Made by a program: the position numbers and the translations under genes
Assembly (NCBI GenBank): GCA_964500725.1
Contig: CAZCNP010000005.1
Coordinates: 6,348-70,347 of the forward strand
Length of the DNA: 64,000 bases
Direction: 5' to 3'
Origin: an uncultured Gammaproteobacteria bacterium
Lineage (GTDB): Bacteria > Patescibacteriota > Microgenomatia > Daviesbacterales > UBA10151
Part shown: positions 35,453 to 45,704 of the stretch, one piece after another
Numbering within the stretch: position 1 is the first letter of the stretch
How the letters are laid out: every line of letters begins with the position of its first letter
The notes under the pieces: generated by a model
What the model was told of the DNA's origin: nothing
Seen by the model: the letters and a program-made list of their open reading frames with translations, nothing else
Database searches by the model: none

Positions 35453-36736
35453 ATGAAGGTTAAAAGGATATCTAAGCTGCCATTTAAAACTATTCTTCTT
35501 GTCCTCGTTATTTTCTCTTTAGGTGTAGGGCTTGGGGTTAATTTTAAAAAAAATACTCCAAAAGCTTTTACTGCAAAGCCGGAAGTTCTCTTCATCTCAG
35601 AAGTATATGACAAAATTAAAGACAATTACTGGGATAAGATCTCTGATGCAGAACTTTTAGATTTATTTAAATTATCTTTGGACAAAAATGGAAGTAATCA
35701 GGTAATAGTAAAGCTTAAAGATAAAAATGCTCTTCTTGAAATAACTGAAAAAGTTACCAGCAAAATGAATGAGCAGCAAAAAAGTAAATTTACCTCATCT
35801 GTTGCCTCCTCAGTTTTAGCATCACTGAACCCTCCTGGAAGGTCAGGACTTTATACTCAGGCTTTAGAACAACAGCTTAAAAATACTGTTTCAAATATTA
35901 ATCCACAAAAGGATTTATATAAAGACTTAGGCCTACAAAAAGGAGCATCAGAAACAGCTGTTGCCCAAGCCTTTGAGAAAAAATCTGTAGAACTTAAAGA
36001 AGACAAATCCCCACAAGCTAAAGAAAAGCTAAAAGAAATTACTTATGCCAAAGAAACTTTAACTCAAAAAGATACTAAGCTAAGATATGATACAAACCAG
36101 GTAGAACCAACAATATTTACCAGAATCCCTGCAGATGGAATCTTGTATTTACAATTTAAGAAATTTTCTCCCACCACCTTAGAGGAATTCCAAAAAGCCT
36201 TTGAAAGTTATAAAAATGATAATACTTTAAATGGACTCATTTTAGATTTAAGAGGAAATACTGGTGGAGCAATAGATGCAACAGCTTACTTTTTAGGATT
36301 CTTCTTAGGCAAAGGGCAATATGCTTTTGATTTTTATCATAAAGGAGAGTATTTACCATTCAAAACTCCAACTGACAAACTAACAAGTATCAGCAAATAT
36401 AAACAAGTGGTAGTACTAGTGGACAATGGCACTCAATCTTCTGCAGAAATGATGGCAGCTGCCATGAAAAAATACAAAATTGGTGTAGTGCTTGGCACCC
36501 CTACCAAAGGGTGGGGGACAGTAGAAAGAGTTTTCCCTTTGGACAATCAAATCTCCCAAAAAGAAAAATATTCTATCTTTTTAGTTCATTCAATCACTTT
36601 AAGGGATGATAATTTACCAATAGAAGGCAGGGGAGTAGACCCAGATATTAATATAAAAAACCCAAATTGGGAAGAGCAAATCTTTTCTTATTTTAGAAAT
36701 TCTGCCCTGACTGATGCTATTAAAACTATTCTTTAA
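35453..36736 (+). CDS. S41-family C-terminal processing peptidase-like protein with N-terminal anchor and a degenerate J-domain-like segment
   Basis: ILDLRGNTGGAIDA (S41 DLRxNxGG motif). Segment DLYKDLGLQKGASETAVAQAFEKKSVELKEDKSPQAKEKLKEITYAKETL resembles a J domain but has EDK in place of HPD. Confidence 0.55.
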   Translation: MKVKRISKLPFKTILLVLVIFSLGVGLGVNFKKNTPKAFTAKPEVLFISEVYDKIKDNYWDKISDAELLDLFKLSLDKNGSNQVIVKLKDKNALLEITEKVTSKMNEQQKSKFTSSVASSVLASLNPPGRSGLYTQALEQQLKNTVSNINPQKDLYKDLGLQKGASETAVAQAFEKKSVELKEDKSPQAKEKLKEITYAKETLTQKDTKLRYDTNQVEPTIFTRIPADGILYLQFKKFSPTTLEEFQKAFESYKNDNTLNGLILDLRGNTGGAIDATAYFLGFFLGKGQYAFDFYHKGEYLPFKTPTDKLTSISKYKQVVVLVDNGTQSSAEMMAAAMKKYKIGVVLGTPTKGWGTVERVFPLDNQISQKEKYSIFLVHSITLRDDNLPIEGRGVDPDINIKNPNWEEQIFSYFRNSALTDAIKTIL

Positions 36737-38189
36737 ATAAATACAAAATAGCATCTTCTGCTGTATATCTTCTATTGCCAATATCTGCAATAAATGATAC
36801 ATCATCTCCTAAGGTAATAATTGCTGGTTCTTCACCTAATTTATCTTTTTGTCCCAGTCCAACAGTTGCAAGCAAACCATTACAAATACATGCGCTGCCT
36901 CTAGCGTTTTCTAGTTTACCACCCTTCTGCAAAAAAGCTTCAGTTGGTTCAGCTGGGCATCTAACACCATATGCGCCATTTTTTGCTTGATACACCTCAA
37001 CTAAATGCCCTTGTGTACACCTTCTTTTTCTTGCATCATAAACTGCCTGTTGCGAAAGTGTCCCATCCTTTTGCGCTACTTTAAAAGGAAAACCAGTTGG
37101 TGAAACAGTAGGCGAAGTAACGATATCAAACTTGCCGCTAAAAGCCTGCTCTCGCAGCCACACTTTGTATTCATCTCTAATTGCTGACTCTTCACTTAAT
37201 GCAAAAATTGTTCCAACTTGAATACCCATGGCTCCAGAAGCAAGAGCTTCTGCAAACTTTGCAGGGCTTGCATAAGAACCAGCCAACCAAAATGGTCTAT
37301 TCAAGGCTGCAATTTGCACAAGATCCACCTCGTCCCTTTCACCATAAACTGGTTCACCTCGGTTGTTTAACACAAGCCTACCTCTAGGAGGAGCATTGTG
37401 CCCTCCTGCTGTAGGTTTCTCTATAATATACCCATCAACGCGACCTGATATCCTATTTTCATCAGCTAGTATTTTTGCCAGAAGATTAGAAGCAATAATT
37501 GCTAAAAATGTTGGCCGTTTTAATGGCTGCAAGGATTCTACTCCAAAATTGCTTGGATCAAAGGTTAATTCTAACCTTTCTCTTGATCCCGCAATATTTA
37601 CTTTATACTCAGCAGCTTTATTTCTTGCAAATTTATCTAATACCCCAGGGACTTGATCTGGAATGCCGGCTCCTTCTAATAGATAGTCAACCCCTGCCAG
37701 CATGGCTCCGTATAATCTGGGCAAGTGGAGTAGTTGAATTTTTTCCAGATGGTTGATACCAATTGGCCCATCATGGCCTTCTTTTGCCAAATACACCTCC
37801 ACAAAGTTAGCAGCAACACTAAGTTCAGTAATTGGCCTTCTCACCTCAGGATCATTACTCAATAAATCACTTGGCCTGGGTGTGCTTCTATAACGGGCAG
37901 TTAGGGGTTTTCTAACATCTCTGTAATATGTATTCAGTATGTTCTCTGCAATTTGAGGATGAGGAAAATACTCTAAAGCTCTTTGTATATGCCCACCCGG
38001 ATCACCGTTTTGAAGTTGGTTCGCCATTGTAACCTCAACTCCAGTCCCGGATACTACTCCTAATACAGGCAAATTATTTTTAATTCCAGCTAAAGCTACT
38101 GCTCTTGCTAGTCTCCAATTGGAAGCGCCAACTCCCATGCCTCCTTGAATTAAAACAGGCCAACCTGCCTCTGTTTCCCTAGATACCAT
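36726..38189 (-). CDS. NPD/FabK-like FMN-dependent oxidoreductase (2-nitropropane dioxygenase / enoyl-ACP reductase II family)
   Basis: PVLIQGGMGVGASNWRLARAVALAG N-terminal motif typical of NMO/FabK TIM-barrel flavoenzymes; 487 aa. Confidence 0.6.
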   Translation of the reverse strand: MVSRETEAGWPVLIQGGMGVGASNWRLARAVALAGIKNNLPVLGVVSGTGVEVTMANQLQNGDPGGHIQRALEYFPHPQIAENILNTYYRDVRKPLTARYRSTPRPSDLLSNDPEVRRPITELSVAANFVEVYLAKEGHDGPIGINHLEKIQLLHLPRLYGAMLAGVDYLLEGAGIPDQVPGVLDKFARNKAAEYKVNIAGSRERLELTFDPSNFGVESLQPLKRPTFLAIIASNLLAKILADENRISGRVDGYIIEKPTAGGHNAPPRGRLVLNNRGEPVYGERDEVDLVQIAALNRPFWLAGSYASPAKFAEALASGAMGIQVGTIFALSEESAIRDEYKVWLREQAFSGKFDIVTSPTVSPTGFPFKVAQKDGTLSQQAVYDARKRRCTQGHLVEVYQAKNGAYGVRCPAEPTEAFLQKGGKLENARGSACICNGLLATVGLGQKDKLGEEPAIITLGDDVSFIADIGNRRYTAEDAILYLFKE

Positions 38190-38201
38190 TGGGGGATTAT
38201 A

Positions 38202-38660
38202 TCACTTCCAACCTCTATTGGGGTCTTTTCTCATCTCTTCTGTCTCAGTTGGCCTTGAATAATCATCTTCCAACCTATAAGTATTGCCAATTTCAGGAGT
38301 TGATACTTCAATAATGTCACAATCTGTAATCCCAGCCAATCTGTGTTTTTGTCCTAAATTACAAGTATATCCAAAACCTGTCTGCATTTCTGTTTCCTGC
38401 AAATTATCCTTTGTATCTTCCCAAATAATTTTTGCTCTACCGTTTGCAAGCAACCAGCTCTCTTGTTTTTTATCATGTATTTGCAGGCTTATTTTAGTGC
38501 CGGCATTTATATGTAATATCTTTCCCATATATGGCAAACCAGAATCAACCCAGTGAAGCTCATACCCCCAGGGTTTTTCTACTCTTTTAACATAAGGGGC
38601 ATTGGTAAATTTAGATTTATCAATAGTTTTTAGAAACTCTTGTAGTTTTGAATCATCCAT
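38202..38660 (-). CDS. cupin-domain protein (mannose-6-phosphate isomerase-like small cupin)
   Basis: WGYELHW...GKILHINAGTKISLQIH two-His cupin motif; 152 aa. Confidence 0.5.
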   Translation of the reverse strand: MDDSKLQEFLKTIDKSKFTNAPYVKRVEKPWGYELHWVDSGLPYMGKILHINAGTKISLQIHDKKQESWLLANGRAKIIWEDTKDNLQETEMQTGFGYTCNLGQKHRLAGITDCDIIEVSTPEIGNTYRLEDDYSRPTETEEMRKDPNRGWK

Positions 38661-39412
38661 TATTCAATTATAATCAACAAGAAGTTATGTTTCCAGATTT
38701 AATTAGCATTTTAACTTTAAGTTTCCTGCTGGGGATAAGACATGCAACAGATGCAGATCATATTGTGGCAGTAACTACCATTATTTCCCGTCAAAAAAAG
38801 GGGATAGCAAGCAATGCTTTAGTGGGGATTTTATGGGGAATAGGGCATTCAGTTACAGTAACACTGGTTGGAATTCCCATTATTATTTATGCTTTTGTAG
38901 TCCCTGAGCAGCTAGGACTAATTTTGGAATTTTTTGTAGGTGTGATGCTAGTTATTTTAGGAATCTTAAATCTTACAGGCATTACTTCTAAAATATCTGA
39001 AAGATTTACTCCACTTACTTTGCACAAACATCCTCACCCAGAAGGCAGTTCAAAACACTCACACTTACACTTACATCTTCCAACAGGACTAAGAAATAGC
39101 TTTCATCATTTAGGGTTATTTCAAACTTTAAGACCTCTTATTATTGGACTTGTTCATGGATTGGCAGGAAGCACTGCTATAGCACTACTCATTTTAGGCA
39201 CCATCAAAAATACTAACTTAGCCATTTTTTATCTGCTCATTTTTCATATTGGAGTAATATCAGGAATGATGTTGTTTACCCTAGGAATTGGGGCATCTTT
39301 AACAGTAGCCAAGAAAAAAAGCGCAGATTTAAACCATTATCTGGTTCCTTTATCAGGAATCTTAAGCTTACTATTTGGTTTATATATAATATATACTACT
39401 TTTTTGGGATGA
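38648..39412 (+). CDS. NicO/RcnA-family nickel-cobalt transporter with central His-rich loop
   Basis: LGIRHATDADHIVAVT (HX4DH signature), HKHPHPEGSSKHSHLHLHLP His-rich loop, second HGLAGS half; 254 aa. Confidence 0.7.
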   Translation: MNHPLFNYNQQEVMFPDLISILTLSFLLGIRHATDADHIVAVTTIISRQKKGIASNALVGILWGIGHSVTVTLVGIPIIIYAFVVPEQLGLILEFFVGVMLVILGILNLTGITSKISERFTPLTLHKHPHPEGSSKHSHLHLHLPTGLRNSFHHLGLFQTLRPLIIGLVHGLAGSTAIALLILGTIKNTNLAIFYLLIFHIGVISGMMLFTLGIGASLTVAKKKSADLNHYLVPLSGILSLLFGLYIIYTTFLG

Positions 39413-39767
39413 AATTTAAGGCTAGAGAGTTTATGCAGAACCTTTTTCCAGTAACTGTAGGTCCATCATCAAATACATGCCCTAAGTGTGAACCACATTT
39501 TTTGCACATAACTTCAATTCTTCTGACCCCCATAGAATAATCATCAGCATAGGCAATATTTTTATTTTGTACAGGCTTATCAAAAGATGGCCAGCCTGTT
39601 TTTGAATCAAACTTTGCTTCAGATGAAAATAGGGGAGTCCCGCAAACTACACAAGAATACATTCCTGGCTCAAAATTTTTTGTATACTTTCCAGAAAAAG
39701 GAGGTTCTGTTCCTTTTAGAAAACAGATATTATACTGCTCTTGCGTAAGTTTAGCTTGTTTGGTCAA
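39396..39767 (-). CDS. msrB: peptide methionine-R-sulfoxide reductase
   Basis: CxxC...CxxC zinc site and RIEVMCKKCGSHLGHVF catalytic motif; 123 aa. Confidence 0.9.
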   Translation of the reverse strand: MTKQAKLTQEQYNICFLKGTEPPFSGKYTKNFEPGMYSCVVCGTPLFSSEAKFDSKTGWPSFDKPVQNKNIAYADDYSMGVRRIEVMCKKCGSHLGHVFDDGPTVTGKRFCINSLALNFIPKK

Positions 39768-40305
39768 GATATTCCTCCTTTACATCTGCATTAAATTTAT
39801 CCAGTAACTTTTGTATTTTAGGATCTATTACTAAAGAACAGTAGGGATTTAACCCTCTGTTTCTTTCATAGTAATTTTGATGATACTGCTCAGCTGTGTA
39901 AAACTTACCTAAAGGAGCAATTTCAGTTACAATTCTGTCACTCAACTCTCCTTCTTTTTCCATTTTTTCTTTGGATTCTAAAGCGATATTCTTTTGTTCA
40001 TCATTATGATAAAAAATTGCTGACCTGTATTGAGTGCCTATATCTGGTCCTTGTTTATTTAAAGTAGTTGGATCATGTATTACCCAAAAAATATCTAAGA
40101 GATGTTCAAAGGGGATAACTTTAGGATCAAATTCAATCTGGACAGCTTCTGCATATCCAGTTTTTCCTGTAGAAACATCATCATAACTAGGATTAGCCAT
40201 TTCCCCTCCAGCATAACCTGGAGTTACCTTTAAAACACCTTTTAATCTTTTGAAAATTGCTTCTGTGCACCAAAAGCAACCTCCAGCCAAAGTTGCTTTT
40301 TCCAT
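39751..40305 (-). CDS. msrA: peptide methionine-S-sulfoxide reductase
   Basis: GGCFWCTEA active-site motif; 184 aa; overlaps msrB start (operon). Confidence 0.9.
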   Translation of the reverse strand: MEKATLAGGCFWCTEAIFKRLKGVLKVTPGYAGGEMANPSYDDVSTGKTGYAEAVQIEFDPKVIPFEHLLDIFWVIHDPTTLNKQGPDIGTQYRSAIFYHNDEQKNIALESKEKMEKEGELSDRIVTEIAPLGKFYTAEQYHQNYYERNRGLNPYCSLVIDPKIQKLLDKFNADVKEEYLDQTS

Positions 40306-40343
40306 AATAGTATATTTATAACACTCGTAGTATATTTATAGCT

Positions 40344-42005
40344 GTGAGACAGCCCACATTTATTTTAATTCTGATTATTGTCCTCGCTGCTGCACTTCGT
40401 TTCTTTCAAATTGATAAAAACCCAATAGCTATGTATGGAGACAGTCTAACAGGAGTTTACGATGCTTATTCAATATATAAAACAGGAGGATATGACCAGA
40501 AAGGCAACTTTTTACCTCTGGTTTTTTCTTTAGGTGGAGGCAGGCCTGGAGGATATATTTATGCCTCGGTTCCTTTTGCTGCTGCTTTTGGTCCTACTGC
40601 TCTTGCCTCCAGAATGGTTTCTGTTTTATCAGGTATAGGAATAGTATTTCTGATATATCTTTTGGGCAAACAATTAATTTCTGAAAATACTGGGCTTTTT
40701 ATGGCTGGCCTTGCTGCTTTAAACCCTTGGGAGCTAAGTTTAAGCAGGGGCCCTTTTGAATCTCATTTTGCCTTGCTTTTAACTTTGCTGGGGTTTTATG
40801 CCTTTTTACAGGGATTTAAAAAAGGGTACTGGTTTTTAATTTTTGGGATAAGTTTTTTGCTGGCAACCCAAACTTACTCAACATACAGGTTAACCATCCC
40901 TCTTTTTACAACTCTACTACTAGTTTGGATGGGGGAAAAAAGCCTTTTAAAATACCTCAAAAAACCATTGTTTTTGATAGCAGTTTTAATTATTGCAGCC
41001 TCTAGCTTGCTGAGTGTTTACCTAACCCTAAGCCGGGGAAAACAAGATAGGTTTGATATTATTAATGTTTTCAAAGACCCAGCCCTGCGGTCCGCAATCT
41101 CTCAAAAGGTAAACAATGAGAGAAGGCTTGATAGCCTGTCTCCCACCACCTCCTATAAACTCCATACCCCTCATTTAGAACTGGCTGCTGTAGTTGCTGA
41201 AAACTATTTAGGAAATTTTTTCCCAGATTTTTTGTTTTTGCATGGAGATAGGCAAGTCAGACATAACGGGGCAGAGATGGGAGGGCTGCTTTGGATTGAG
41301 GCAGTATTACTAATAATAGGAATTATATATCTGTACAGGACTAACAAAGGACTGTTAATTTTACTTTTGGGCTGGATGGCAGTTGCTCCAATTCCTACCA
41401 GTTTAGTAGGGGGGCCACATTCTTTAAGAAGCTCTCTAATGCTTCCTCCACTGATTATTCTTTCTGGATTAGGTTTAAGGGAACTCTGGGATAACCGCTC
41501 AAAATCCTCATACAGATTACTAGTTTTACCAATTGCTATAGTTTTTATTTTCCAATATGTGTTATTTTTTGATAGATTTTATTTTGTCTCTCCTAAAAAA
41601 CATGCCAGATTTTGGTCTTACCCTGCAAAACAGGCAACTGATATTGCTTTAAAAAATAAAGGAAAGTTTGACTATATTTTGCTTTCAAATGACATAGATA
41701 ATATGGAGTTTGCTTATCCTACTTATACAAAATTAAATCCAAAAGAAGTTATAAAACAAAATCAGCAGCCTGCCAGGATAGGAGAGTTTAAGTTTTTTAA
41801 ATATGGCAATATCTATATTGGGTCTTTGCCAAATACCAGGGTGATGGAAATTGTCAAAAGTCTGCCTGGAACAGCTCTTTATATTGGAGCAGATAAGCAG
41901 CAGCCCTTTTTGGAAAACTATAAAATTATCAGAGGATTTGAAGATGATCCAATGTTAATAGTCACTGCCAAAGGGGCAATTCCAGATCTACCCCTACCTA
42001 AATAA
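40344..42005 (+). CDS. GT39/ArnT-like membrane glycosyltransferase (dolichyl-phosphate-mannose protein mannosyltransferase family)
   Basis: 553 aa, more than 10 TM helices, N-terminal DxD-like loop (YGDSLTG) typical of GT-C PMT/ArnT enzymes. Confidence 0.55.
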   Translation: MRQPTFILILIIVLAAALRFFQIDKNPIAMYGDSLTGVYDAYSIYKTGGYDQKGNFLPLVFSLGGGRPGGYIYASVPFAAAFGPTALASRMVSVLSGIGIVFLIYLLGKQLISENTGLFMAGLAALNPWELSLSRGPFESHFALLLTLLGFYAFLQGFKKGYWFLIFGISFLLATQTYSTYRLTIPLFTTLLLVWMGEKSLLKYLKKPLFLIAVLIIAASSLLSVYLTLSRGKQDRFDIINVFKDPALRSAISQKVNNERRLDSLSPTTSYKLHTPHLELAAVVAENYLGNFFPDFLFLHGDRQVRHNGAEMGGLLWIEAVLLIIGIIYLYRTNKGLLILLLGWMAVAPIPTSLVGGPHSLRSSLMLPPLIILSGLGLRELWDNRSKSSYRLLVLPIAIVFIFQYVLFFDRFYFVSPKKHARFWSYPAKQATDIALKNKGKFDYILLSNDIDNMEFAYPTYTKLNPKEVIKQNQQPARIGEFKFFKYGNIYIGSLPNTRVMEIVKSLPGTALYIGADKQQPFLENYKIIRGFEDDPMLIVTAKGAIPDLPLPK

Positions 42006-42678
42006 CAGAAGCATCATTTATTCTTTTTATTATATTAATTATTTCCTTTAGGCTGCTAATTAAAAAGTCAGGCCTGGCTTTTTTTAATCTGGCTAGGGAA
42101 CAATTACCATGAGTAATTGCCACACTTACTGCCCCAATTTCCTTACTGATTTCTATTTCTTCAACAGTATCACCAACAATCAATACTTCTTCTACTAAAA
42201 GGCCTTTTTTCTTTATATATTCTTGTAATTTTTCTTTCTTAGTTCTCCCCTTAAAAGCAGATTCAAGGTGAGAATTAGCCATAACTTCATCAAAATAGCT
42301 TTCTATCCCTAGCCTTTTAAGCTGTTTTCTTAGGGACTGGTCAATATGATTGCTAAAAATAATTGAGTTTATTTTATTATTCCTCAACCATATTAGCAGC
42401 CTTTTTGTATAAGCTCTAGTTCTTGTCTTTGCTGCATTTCGTTCATAATGTGGATGAAATGTATTCTGGATTAGAGATGTCTTAGCAACTACCTCTTCTT
42501 CAGATACCCCGAGTGCCATATAGAAATTTTTTACAGGTATTTCAAAATAATGTATGAAAGTCTTAAAACTTATAAATTCTAAATTGAGTATCTTAAATAC
42601 TTCTTTAGTGCTTATATACCCAGTATATGTATCTGCAAAGAGTGTTCCATTCCAATCAAAAGCAACTAGCTTAATCAT
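41998..42678 (-). CDS. HAD-superfamily hydrolase
   Basis: VAFDWNGTLF (motif I DxDGT variant) and IVGDTVEEI (motif IV); 226 aa. Confidence 0.6.
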   Translation of the reverse strand: MIKLVAFDWNGTLFADTYTGYISTKEVFKILNLEFISFKTFIHYFEIPVKNFYMALGVSEEEVVAKTSLIQNTFHPHYERNAAKTRTRAYTKRLLIWLRNNKINSIIFSNHIDQSLRKQLKRLGIESYFDEVMANSHLESAFKGRTKKEKLQEYIKKKGLLVEEVLIVGDTVEEIEISKEIGAVSVAITHGNCSLARLKKARPDFLISSLKEIINIIKRINDASVI

Positions 42679-42705
42679 AGCTTTGTATTATAATACTTCC
42701 TTGAT

Positions 42706-43926
42706 ATGAAAGTTAAAAGATTGGCTGTAATTTCCTATCATACTTGTCCCTTGTCTGATGAAGAAGATGCCCAAATTGGTGGCATGAATACCTATGTTTT
42801 AGAGCTGTCAAAAATTTTAGCAGAAAAAGGGCTTTTTATTGATATATTTACCCGCTGTGAAGATACAGACAGCCCAAAAATTGTAGAAGTGCAAAAAAAC
42901 CTAAGAGTAATTCACCTGCCTGCAGGAAAACTGGTAAATATCCCTAAAAAGGAACTACTAGAATATACTGATGAATTTGCAAATAACATTCAGGCCTTTA
43001 CTGAGCAGGAGAATTTGAAATATGATTTAATAAGTGCTCATTATTACCTTTCAGGACTTATTGGTTTGGAGCTTAAAAAAAGATACCATATCCCTTTGTT
43101 TGTGACTTTCCATACTTTGGCTTTAATGAAGAATTTGGTTGCCAGGGGAGAGGATGAAAAAGAAGAGCTTCAAAGAATCAAGGCTGAAATACTTTTGGCG
43201 AAAAAAGCAGATAAAATTATTGCCACCAGCGAGTCAGATTTGGAATATATTCATACTTTATATGATGCCCCTTTGAAAAAAATAGCCCTGCTTTCCCCCG
43301 GAGTTAATCTCAAAGTTTTTAAGGCCACTGATAAACAAGAAGCTAAGAAAGTAGTTAAGGCAGATTTAGACCATAAGATTATTTTATATGTAGGCAGAAT
43401 AGAACCATTAAAAGGGCTTGATGTGCTGCTTATTGCTATCAAAATTTTAGTTCAAAGAAATCCTCAGTTACAATTTTGCCTCTGGATTGTAGGTGGCACC
43501 AGCAGTAAAGAAAAACTAACTGAAGAGGTAATACGTCTAAATGAGCTGAAACTGCTCTTAGGAATTCATTCTTATGTGAAATTTGTAGGCCAAAAAAATC
43601 ATACAGAACTGCCTTACTATTATTCTGCCTCAGAAGTGGTAGTAATGCCTTCACAGTATGAATCATTTGGTATGGCAGCACTGGAGGCTATGGCATGTTC
43701 AGTGCCGGTAATACTAACAGATGTTACAGGTATATCAAATATGTTAGGTAAAAAACATGGGCCTTTGCTAACTTCTGCCAGCAATCCAATCCTTCTTGCC
43801 AAAAAAATTAAAAACTTACTTATCAATAAGGAGGAGCATAAAAAAATGAGTGAGGAAGTTTTTAAAAAAGTTCAAAATTTAAGTTGGGAAAATATTGCGT
43901 ATAAATTTATTCAAATCCTCAATTAA
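42706..43926 (+). CDS. GT4-family (GT-B) glycosyltransferase
   Basis: C-terminal EX7E-like region (…MPSQYESFGMAALEAMACSVPVI…) typical of GT1/GT4 retaining glycosyltransferases; 406 aa. Confidence 0.75.
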   Translation: MKVKRLAVISYHTCPLSDEEDAQIGGMNTYVLELSKILAEKGLFIDIFTRCEDTDSPKIVEVQKNLRVIHLPAGKLVNIPKKELLEYTDEFANNIQAFTEQENLKYDLISAHYYLSGLIGLELKKRYHIPLFVTFHTLALMKNLVARGEDEKEELQRIKAEILLAKKADKIIATSESDLEYIHTLYDAPLKKIALLSPGVNLKVFKATDKQEAKKVVKADLDHKIILYVGRIEPLKGLDVLLIAIKILVQRNPQLQFCLWIVGGTSSKEKLTEEVIRLNELKLLLGIHSYVKFVGQKNHTELPYYYSASEVVVMPSQYESFGMAALEAMACSVPVILTDVTGISNMLGKKHGPLLTSASNPILLAKKIKNLLINKEEHKKMSEEVFKKVQNLSWENIAYKFIQILN

Positions 43927-44007
43927 TTTGCTTTATCCATTTGAACCTAAAACAATATGTGACATGCTCTCTAAAAGGTACTAGCCACTTAGTGGTAAAA
44001 TATCCAA

Positions 44008-44607
44008 ATGTCTATACCAGCCAGTCCAGAATCAGTCGATATACAAGCTGCCCTATATGACCCTCAGGGGTTCTTAGCTTTAGAGGATGCGCAAAAAATT
44101 TCTGGAGATTTAGATCTTCGCAAATATGATTTGTTATTTGCAAGAGCGCTTGCTTTTACGCAAGCCAGATCAAGACGGACAATCTCCAACGAAAAGTTAA
44201 TCCCTACCGAACAAAAGATTAAGATGGTATTAGGCAAATCCGGATTTCATGGTTCTTTAAAGGTAACAAGATCAACAATAGCTGAAGCCCATCTTTGGGA
44301 TTTTAACCCAGCACAAAGTTCACCAAACTTACTCCGATTAATTACTGAATGCGACCTTGTTACCTCCGGTTTAGGTAGGAGTACTGCAGACGTCTTAGGC
44401 AACATAGTTGTTGAAACTAGGTTTGGCTTTAAAGTAAATAAAAATACTCATCAATTAAATGAATTCAATAGAATATTTGCTACGACAGAAGACCTAAAAT
44501 TACTTGATGCTTTACTTACAGATTCACGCAAAAGCTGGTTATGGAGTTTAAAAGCTAGGATAAACGAACCTATGCAGGCTGACTTACCTTTTTCTAGGAA
44601 AAAATAG
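44008..44607 (+). CDS. hypothetical protein (orphan, higher GC)
   Basis: 199 aa; no motif recognised. Confidence 0.35.
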   Translation: MSIPASPESVDIQAALYDPQGFLALEDAQKISGDLDLRKYDLLFARALAFTQARSRRTISNEKLIPTEQKIKMVLGKSGFHGSLKVTRSTIAEAHLWDFNPAQSSPNLLRLITECDLVTSGLGRSTADVLGNIVVETRFGFKVNKNTHQLNEFNRIFATTEDLKLLDALLTDSRKSWLWSLKARINEPMQADLPFSRKK

Positions 44608-44775
44608 TCTATTTTAAAGGACTTTTTGCGCAGCACCAAGCCAAAAGAAACTCCAGACGTTTTATGTTAAAATCCTATAAACTCGCTTGGCCTTCACAAC
44701 CCGCTTTAAAAAGGCGGGATTCTGGCAAGGCGGTTATAGATTTACTTTTTTGCAACCATATTGTAAAAGGTTTAT

Positions 44776-45102
44776 ATGAAAGAACGGAACTTTTATATTA
44801 CCAACCTAATAGCTACCACACCTTTAAAACTGCTTGATTCTTTAACTACAGATATTGGTCTTAGAATACCTGGAACAGTGGAGATAAGCCCAGGAATCAA
44901 TCATTTGATAAAGTATTTTGGAATGGATTCTCTTTACGCTCATGGTATTGTATTTGGCCTAGGAACTATTTGTGTATCTGAATTTTTAAGACAAAAGTAT
45001 GGATTACCGTATAGCAAACTTAATCGAGTATTAATGTGTTCAAATGTATTAACAGGATTAATTGTTTTAGGCAATGCCCATCAGTTACTTACTCACCAGT
45101 AA
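44776..45102 (+). CDS. hypothetical small protein (partly hydrophobic)
   Basis: 108 aa. Confidence 0.3.
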   Translation: MKERNFYITNLIATTPLKLLDSLTTDIGLRIPGTVEISPGINHLIKYFGMDSLYAHGIVFGLGTICVSEFLRQKYGLPYSKLNRVLMCSNVLTGLIVLGNAHQLLTHQ

Positions 45103-45127
45103 AATCTCATTGCCTATACTTAAGAGA

Positions 45128-45694
45128 TTATCTTTCAGGATGCCTGTGTTGACCTTCTTGAGTTAAACTAACTTGTTTCATTAAAAATTTGTGTTCTCTC
45201 CATCCCGTAACCAACTCTCTGTTATTAATATCTGTAATTTTCTTAAGCGTCTGAATGGATGAAGGATAAAAAATATCAAGATGAATTTGGCTTCCATCGC
45301 GGTCTAATCCATCAATATCTTCAAAAGGATGGTCAAATAGCCATTTTCCTTCCTTCTTTGCAGCCATAGCAGTCTGACAGAATCTATATTTATTTGCGAA
45401 TCTAAAAAGGGCCCTGCTAACATCCCTTCCTACTGTTTGTAATCCTAATTCGTCAAGTTTTAACTCGAGGTTATTCCCAAAATAAGACCCCCGTTCTTCA
45501 AAAGTAAAAACTTCTTCTGCTGTAAAAGGTGCATGATCTGATTCACAAACGGATAGAAATAATCTTGAAGTTGTTTCTCTAGGATCGTGATATGTTGCGT
45601 ATACTTTGATTAATTTTCCAATATTTGGTAATCCTTTTGCTCTTAAAGTAGATATAAATGTAGGTAACGACCAATCTTCAAAATGAATAAACAT
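45128..45694 (-). CDS. hypothetical protein
   Basis: 188 aa; no motif recognised. Confidence 0.35.
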   Translation of the reverse strand: MFIHFEDWSLPTFISTLRAKGLPNIGKLIKVYATYHDPRETTSRLFLSVCESDHAPFTAEEVFTFEERGSYFGNNLELKLDELGLQTVGRDVSRALFRFANKYRFCQTAMAAKKEGKWLFDHPFEDIDGLDRDGSQIHLDIFYPSSIQTLKKITDINNRELVTGWREHKFLMKQVSLTQEGQHRHPER

Positions 45695-45704
45695 TGATAA
45701 GAGT

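Noticed and set aside
34834-38556. Further embedded antisense ORFs: 34834..35022, 35380..35625, 36614..36805, 36775..36990, 37181..37387, 37363..37656, 37499..37756, 38284..38556
   Set aside because: Each lies inside and opposite a longer ORF with clear homology. No independent signals.
43251-44639. Further embedded antisense ORFs: 43251..43442, 43439..43681, 43620..43826, 44451..44639
   Set aside because: Each lies inside and opposite a longer ORF with clear homology. No independent signals.
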